Below are positions 59,715 to 64,000 of a stretch of 64,000 bases of DNA, one piece after another (within the stretch, counting starts at the first letter, position 1; each line of letters begins with the position of its first letter). Source of the DNA: an uncultured Holophaga sp. (GTDB taxonomy: Bacteria > Acidobacteriota > Holophagae > Holophagales > Holophagaceae); the NCBI GenBank assembly GCA_963664825.1, contig OY761614.1, positions 2,240,001-2,304,000 of the forward strand, written 5' to 3'. A program made the translations under genes and the position numbers. Below the pieces are notes generated by a model. It made no database searches. It was given only the letters and a program-made list of their open reading frames with translations, and had not been told where the DNA came from.

Positions 59715-60067
59715 TCGGCTTTCCCCGCCAGGGCCTGTCGGGCCTCGCCCTCATTGGCAAACACGCGATAGAGCTGAGTGAAGCCCAGGGTATCGAAGAT
59801 GGCGTAGACATTCTCCTGGAGGCTGCAGAGCAGGATATCGCCCCCGTTTTCCCGCACGGTTTCGATGAGGCCCATGATGGCGCCCAGACCGGCGGAACTG
59901 ATGTAGTTGAGCTTCTGGCAGTCCAGCAGGATGGTGAATTTCTGGGCTTCCACCAGGCTCTCCAGGGCGCTTTCGAACTGCCGCACGGTATGGGCGTTGA
60001 TGAAGCCTACCGGCTGCACCACGGCCAGGCCGTCCGCATCGCGAATCTGGATCGAAAGATCTGCCAT
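59711..60067 (-). CDS. STAS-domain anti-anti-sigma factor
   Basis: LNYISSAGLG phospho-Ser motif. Confidence 0.92.
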   Translation of the reverse strand: MADLSIQIRDADGLAVVQPVGFINAHTVRQFESALESLVEAQKFTILLDCQKLNYISSAGLGAIMGLIETVRENGGDILLCSLQENVYAIFDTLGFTQLYRVFANEGEARQALAGKAE

Positions 60068-60166
60068 TCGAGGGCTCCCCGAAACGGCTTGATCCTAGCG
60101 TCTTGCGGGGGGAAAAGCCAGCGGAGCGGAAATGGAGTACTCTCAAGGTAAGCCCCGGGATCCTCT

Positions 60167-61207
60167 ATGGACGACAGCCGCAAAGAATCGATCAAACCCT
60201 TGGTCCGGTCCTGGATCGAGGAACGCCTACAAGCCTTGCAGGAGCAGGTCATCATGACCTGGGAAGAAGGCATGGGGCGCCTCCAGCCCGATGACGCCCT
60301 GCTTCAGAAGATCCTGGATGCTGCCGGGCCCGAGTCGGTGGAGGATCCCTTCCCGGACGCCCCAGCCGACACCGAGAATGATCTGGGCGTGGCCCTGGAT
60401 CTGATCGAATCGGCCGCCAGTCAGGGGGAAGTGCTCAAGAACATGCTGGACGGCCTACAGCCCTTCGTGGAGCGCAGCGCCCTCTTCGTGGTGAAACAGG
60501 GCCTCGGCAGTCTCTACGCCCAGCGGGGCTTCGAATTGGATCAGCCTCGCCTAGGCACGCCCGTGGTGCCTCCGGCCGAACTGGAGGAACTCCTGCAGGG
60601 GCGCGTGCCCAGCATCACCCGTCCGGGTGCCTCCTATCAGGCCTTGCTCGCCCCCTTGAGCCGCTTCGAGGCCACCGATGTTCGGATCCTCCCCTTGCGC
60701 CTGCGCCGGAAGCCCGTGGCGATCCTGCTGGTGGATAGCGGTCTCCGGCAGGTGCTCGATCACCCCCATCATGTCCGGGCCCTGGCCCATGCGGCGGAGG
60801 CCGCCCTCTCCTTCCAGGCGGGCCAGAAGGAGGAGGAACGCGCCGCTGCCGCGCCGCAGCCGGCGGTCCACGCCACCTCGGTCACCCAGCACATCCAGGA
60901 CCCGATCTCCGAAACGCCGGTGGCGCCCCTGGACCCCAAGGTGCGGGCCAATGCCGAGCGCAGTGCCCGGGTGCTAGTGGGGGATATTGAACTTTACTTC
61001 CCCGCGAAGGTAGTCGAGGGGAAGGCCAAAAAAAAGTTGTATGCCCTCCTGCGGGACGAACTGGAGCGCTCCAGGGCCTCCTTCGTCGAGAGGTATGGGG
61101 ACGAGGTAGAAGAAGGCCACCACATCTTCCACCAGACCGTGATCCAGCAACTTTGTGAAGGTGATCCGACCCTGCTGGGACCTGTGCCTTGGAGCACGAA
61201 GGGCTGA
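60167..61207 (+). CDS. Hypothetical protein with GAF-like central region
   Basis: 346-aa ORF with host-like codon use; ERSALFVV..ILPLRLR..ILLVD. Confidence 0.7.
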   Translation: MDDSRKESIKPLVRSWIEERLQALQEQVIMTWEEGMGRLQPDDALLQKILDAAGPESVEDPFPDAPADTENDLGVALDLIESAASQGEVLKNMLDGLQPFVERSALFVVKQGLGSLYAQRGFELDQPRLGTPVVPPAELEELLQGRVPSITRPGASYQALLAPLSRFEATDVRILPLRLRRKPVAILLVDSGLRQVLDHPHHVRALAHAAEAALSFQAGQKEEERAAAAPQPAVHATSVTQHIQDPISETPVAPLDPKVRANAERSARVLVGDIELYFPAKVVEGKAKKKLYALLRDELERSRASFVERYGDEVEEGHHIFHQTVIQQLCEGDPTLLGPVPWSTKG

Positions 61208-61286
61208 AGAAAGGCCAGCAGCCTGATGACAGCCGAGGCAAAGCATGGTAAATCCTTGGTCCTTTGACCGAGCCTTCGGGGGGACC

Positions 61287-61580
61287 ATGGCCAAACTGGG
61301 CAAGAAGTGGAACTGCTTCGCCTGCAATACCAAATTTTATGATTTCACAAAGCCGGAGGCCCTGTGCCCTAAGTGTGGTGCGAATCAGAAAGATGCGCCT
61401 GCCAAGTCGAAGGCTCCCAAGCGGGAGAAGGCCGTGCTTCAGATCGATGACGACTTCACGCCTGAGCCGGAAGCAGAGGCCGCTGCCGAAGATGGCCTCG
61501 AGGAGACGCTGGGCATCACGGCGGCCCGCTCCGAAGGGGTGGACCCGGGCGATCTCAGCATGGACGACTACGACGAATAG
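61287..61580 (+). CDS. FYDLN_acid (TIGR02300-like) zinc-ribbon protein
   Basis: LGKK..CxxC.TKFYDF....CPKCG followed by an acidic tail. Confidence 0.85.
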   Translation: MAKLGKKWNCFACNTKFYDFTKPEALCPKCGANQKDAPAKSKAPKREKAVLQIDDDFTPEPEAEAAAEDGLEETLGITAARSEGVDPGDLSMDDYDE

Positions 61581-61676
61581 GCCTCTGCCACGAGGGGGGA
61601 CACGTGCTCCCTCTTCTGGCCCCACGGGGCTCTTCCCTGGAAGATCCCGTCCCGATCCCGTCGTTTTGGAGGCTCC

Positions 61677-62621
61677 ATGAGCCTGCTGCTCCCTCCGTCC
61701 ATCGATCGGCACGCCCACCTGGAAGGCAGTCTGGATCCCGCCTGGGTGCGGGAGCAGGCGGCTCGGGAGGGCAAGGCCCTACCTTCGACCCTGGAGGCCC
61801 TCTGGCGTGGCGAGACGATCCCCTTCGAGGGCTTCATCCCCGCGTTCTTCTTCTGCTGCGGCTTCCTGCGGGGCGCCGAAGCGGTCCGGGAGACCCTGCG
61901 GGCGGCCCTGCGCCGCCTGGCCCCCATGGAAGAGGGGTGCCCTCGGGGCATCGATCTCTGGGTGAGTCCCCACTTCCTCTGTGTCGCCGAGAAGCTCCTG
62001 ACCCTGGAGGAACTCTGGCGTGGCCTGGACGAGGGCATCGTCGAGGCCCGGGCCCAGGGCGTGAAGGTGGCGGTGATCATTGATGCGGTGAATCACTTCG
62101 GCATCCAGCACGGTCACGAGGTGCTCGATCTGGTGCTGGGGGACCGGCCCCCCTGGGTGGTCGGGTTCTCCACGGGGGGCGTCGAAGGGGTTCCCTTCCG
62201 CCAATGGGCGCCGGTCTTCGAGCGGGCCCGCAAGGCCGGGATGCGCCTGGCGGCCCATGCCGGCGAGAACGGCCCGGGTGAAAACGTGCGGGAGGCCATC
62301 CTGGAAGCCGGTGTCAGTCGCATCGTGCACGGCGTTCACGCCGCGGCTCATCCGGAAATCCTGGAGCTGCTCGCCGACCGGCAGATTCCCGTGGATGTCT
62401 GCCTCACCTCCAATCGGGCCCTGGTACCCAGCCTGGGCGCCCATCCCCTCCCTCAGATGCTGAGGGCGGGCGTCCGCTGCGCCCTCGGCACCGATGACCC
62501 CGGCGTCATGGCCTGCGATATCCCCGGCGAATGGAAGGCCGCCGACGGCCTGGGCCTGACCCTCGAGGAATTGGCCACTCTGCGGCGCAACGCCATCGAA
62601 GACGCCTGGTGCCTCCAGTAG
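61677..62621 (+). CDS. Adenosine/adenine deaminase family protein
   Basis: HAHLEGS, AHAGE, RIVHG, CLTSN and TDDP. Confidence 0.88.
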   Translation: MSLLLPPSIDRHAHLEGSLDPAWVREQAAREGKALPSTLEALWRGETIPFEGFIPAFFFCCGFLRGAEAVRETLRAALRRLAPMEEGCPRGIDLWVSPHFLCVAEKLLTLEELWRGLDEGIVEARAQGVKVAVIIDAVNHFGIQHGHEVLDLVLGDRPPWVVGFSTGGVEGVPFRQWAPVFERARKAGMRLAAHAGENGPGENVREAILEAGVSRIVHGVHAAAHPEILELLADRQIPVDVCLTSNRALVPSLGAHPLPQMLRAGVRCALGTDDPGVMACDIPGEWKAADGLGLTLEELATLRRNAIEDAWCLQ

Positions 62622-62647
62622 GGCCATCCCCTCCGGCGCCCCTTCAT

Positions 62648-63021
62648 CCCGAATGAGGGCTCGAACCCAGGGGCAACCTCGACGGGGATTGGAGTTTCGT
62701 GTGTGGCCAAGGGACCCGCCTCTGCGAGCAAAGCGAGTGGGAGCAGCCCGCAGTGCGGGGTGCGATAGGCGGGACTCAGGTGGATAGAGCCATTTAAGGT
62801 CTGGCGCTCTATCCAGCCCGAATGAGGGCTCGAACCCAGGGGCAACCTCGACGGGGATTGGAGTTTCGTGTGTGGCCAAGGGACCCGCCTCTGCGAGCAA
62901 AGCGAGTGGGAGCAGCCCGCAGTGCGGGGTGCGATAGGCGGGACTCAGGTGGATAGAGCCATTTAAGGTCTGGCGCTCTATCCAGCCCGAATGAGGGCTC
63001 GAACCCAGGGGCAACCTCGAC
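62648..63021. repeat. 169-bp tandem repeat (two identical units plus a 36-bp partial third)
   Basis: CCCGAATGAGGGCTCGAACCCAGGGGCAACCTCGAC starts at 62648, 62817 and 62986; the intervening 133 bp are identical by eye. Confidence 0.95.
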
Positions 63022-63040
63022 TACAATCGAAGTTTCGTGT

Positions 63041-63117
63041 GCGCCCGTAGCTCAGCTGGATAGAGCATCAGGCTTCGAACCTGAGGGTCGGGCGTTCGAA
63101 TCGCTCCGGGCGCACCA
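63041..63117 (+). tRNA. tRNA-Arg (anticodon TCG)
   Basis: GCGCCCG/CGGGCGC acceptor stem; TCAGG-CTTCGAA-CCTGA anticodon arm; GTTCGAATC T-loop; encoded CCA. Confidence 0.95.
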
Positions 63118-63133
63118 CGAAATTGACAACCTG

Positions 63134-63218
63134 GCGAATGTGGCGGAACTGGTAGACGCACTGGATTTAGGTTCCAGCGGCTCACGCCGTGCGGGTTCGA
63201 GTCCCGCCATTCGCACCA
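63134..63218 (+). tRNA. tRNA-Leu (anticodon TAG)
   Basis: GCGAATG/CATTCGC acceptor stem; CTGGA-TTTAGGT-TCCAG anticodon arm; long variable arm; CCA; usual position upstream of tig. Confidence 0.96.
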
Positions 63219-63282
63219 TTTTGGACGACCAGACGTCCCCCTTCAGGACCAGAACTTTCACACATACGCCCCAGGAGCACCC

Positions 63283-64000
63283 ATGCAGGTCAATCTCACT
63301 CATCATTCCGCCACCCGCAAATCCCTGGAACTCGTGGTCCCCACCACCGAGGTCGATGCCGAGTTCGGCACGGTGCTCGCCAAGATCGCGCCCAAGGTGC
63401 GCATCCCCGGCTTCCGGCCCGGCAAGGCCCCCAAGGCTGTGATGCTGGGGCGCTATCAGCGCGAGATCTACGGCGAAGTGATCGAGAATCTGGTCCAGCG
63501 CCATTTCTGGAGCGCCGCCGCCGAGGCCGGCACCCAGCCCATCTCCCAGCCCTCCGTGGAGAAGGTGGAACTCAAGGAAGGCACCGAGGGACGGCTGCAC
63601 ATCCACTACGACGTGGCCCCGGAAGTGACCTTGCCCGAGTACAAGGGCGTCCAGCTCACCAAGAAGAAGCGGATCATCGACGAGGCCGCCATCGACGAAC
63701 ATCTGGAGGGCTTGCGTCAGCAGGCCGCCAAGTTCACCCCCGTGGAAGAGGCGGCCGCCGAGGGCCATTTCGCCACCTTCGATGTGAAGGTCAAGCCCCA
63801 GGGCATGAAGGCCCAGGAGTTCAAGGACCAGGTGGTGCAGATCGTCGCCGATCGCCCCTTCGACAAGGAACTGATTGGCCTCAAGGCCGATGACGTCAAG
63901 TCCTTCACCATCACCGTGCCTGCCGAGGATGCCAATAAGGCCATGGCCGGCAAGAGCGTCGTCTACGAGGTGACACTCAAGGATCTGCGCACCCGGGAGA
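63283..64000 (+). CDS. tig: Trigger factor, 3' end outside window
   Basis: AGGAG RBS; MQVNL start; ribosome-binding motif IPGFRPGKAP. Confidence 0.95.
   Translation, partial: MQVNLTHHSATRKSLELVVPTTEVDAEFGTVLAKIAPKVRIPGFRPGKAPKAVMLGRYQREIYGEVIENLVQRHFWSAAAEAGTQPISQPSVEKVELKEGTEGRLHIHYDVAPEVTLPEYKGVQLTKKKRIIDEAAIDEHLEGLRQQAAKFTPVEEAAAEGHFATFDVKVKPQGMKAQEFKDQVVQIVADRPFDKELIGLKADDVKSFTITVPAEDANKAMAGKSVVYEVTLKDLRTRE

Noticed and set aside
62648..63021. Three 36-bp repeats resembling a CRISPR array
   Set aside because: The spacers are 133 bp and identical, the repeat is tRNA promoter sequence, and there are no cas genes in the window.
63041..63218. tRNAs as integration sites of a genomic island
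   Set aside because: No integrase and no duplicated tRNA 3' end seen in the window.

Overview
High-GC bacterial chromosomal segment, mostly housekeeping and envelope/signalling genes. Gene style suggests Acidobacteriota, probably Holophagae (Geothrix/Holophaga-like); this is an inference, not a search result. Left part: hrcA-grpE-dnaK (partial), a lipoprotein, class II aldolase and mtnA, an ECF sigma with a ZAS-cupin anti-sigma, and two orphan histidine kinases. Then a ~7.5 kb AT-richer decayed island (ISL3, IS4 and IS66 elements that broke a DUF1573-permease-ATPase-NEW3 operon). Middle: DegT aminotransferase, nucleoside kinase, BlaI with an M56 peptidase fused to a lytic transglycosylase, cidA/lrgB, XRE regulator, cN-II nucleotidase, SprT-like protein, aspS, a propeller-GGDEF protein, marR-mdtABC and hisS. 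Right part: amidase-HD-GYP-receiver-nagZ-clpP, TetR-MFP-RND/TolC fusion, htpX, a partner-switching STAS/anti-sigma/PP2C trio, adenosine deaminase, tRNA-Arg(TCG), tRNA-Leu(TAG) and tig (partial). The least explained signals are non-coding: four hairpin-containing inserts flanked by local direct duplications, including a frame-preserving GTGA-to-GTGA repeat between mdtA and mdtB and a tRNA-derived 169-bp tandem repeat, plus several apparently leaderless promoters. No CRISPR array, cas gene, prophage or integrase is visible. Product calls come from motif recognition only, and start codons are best guesses.
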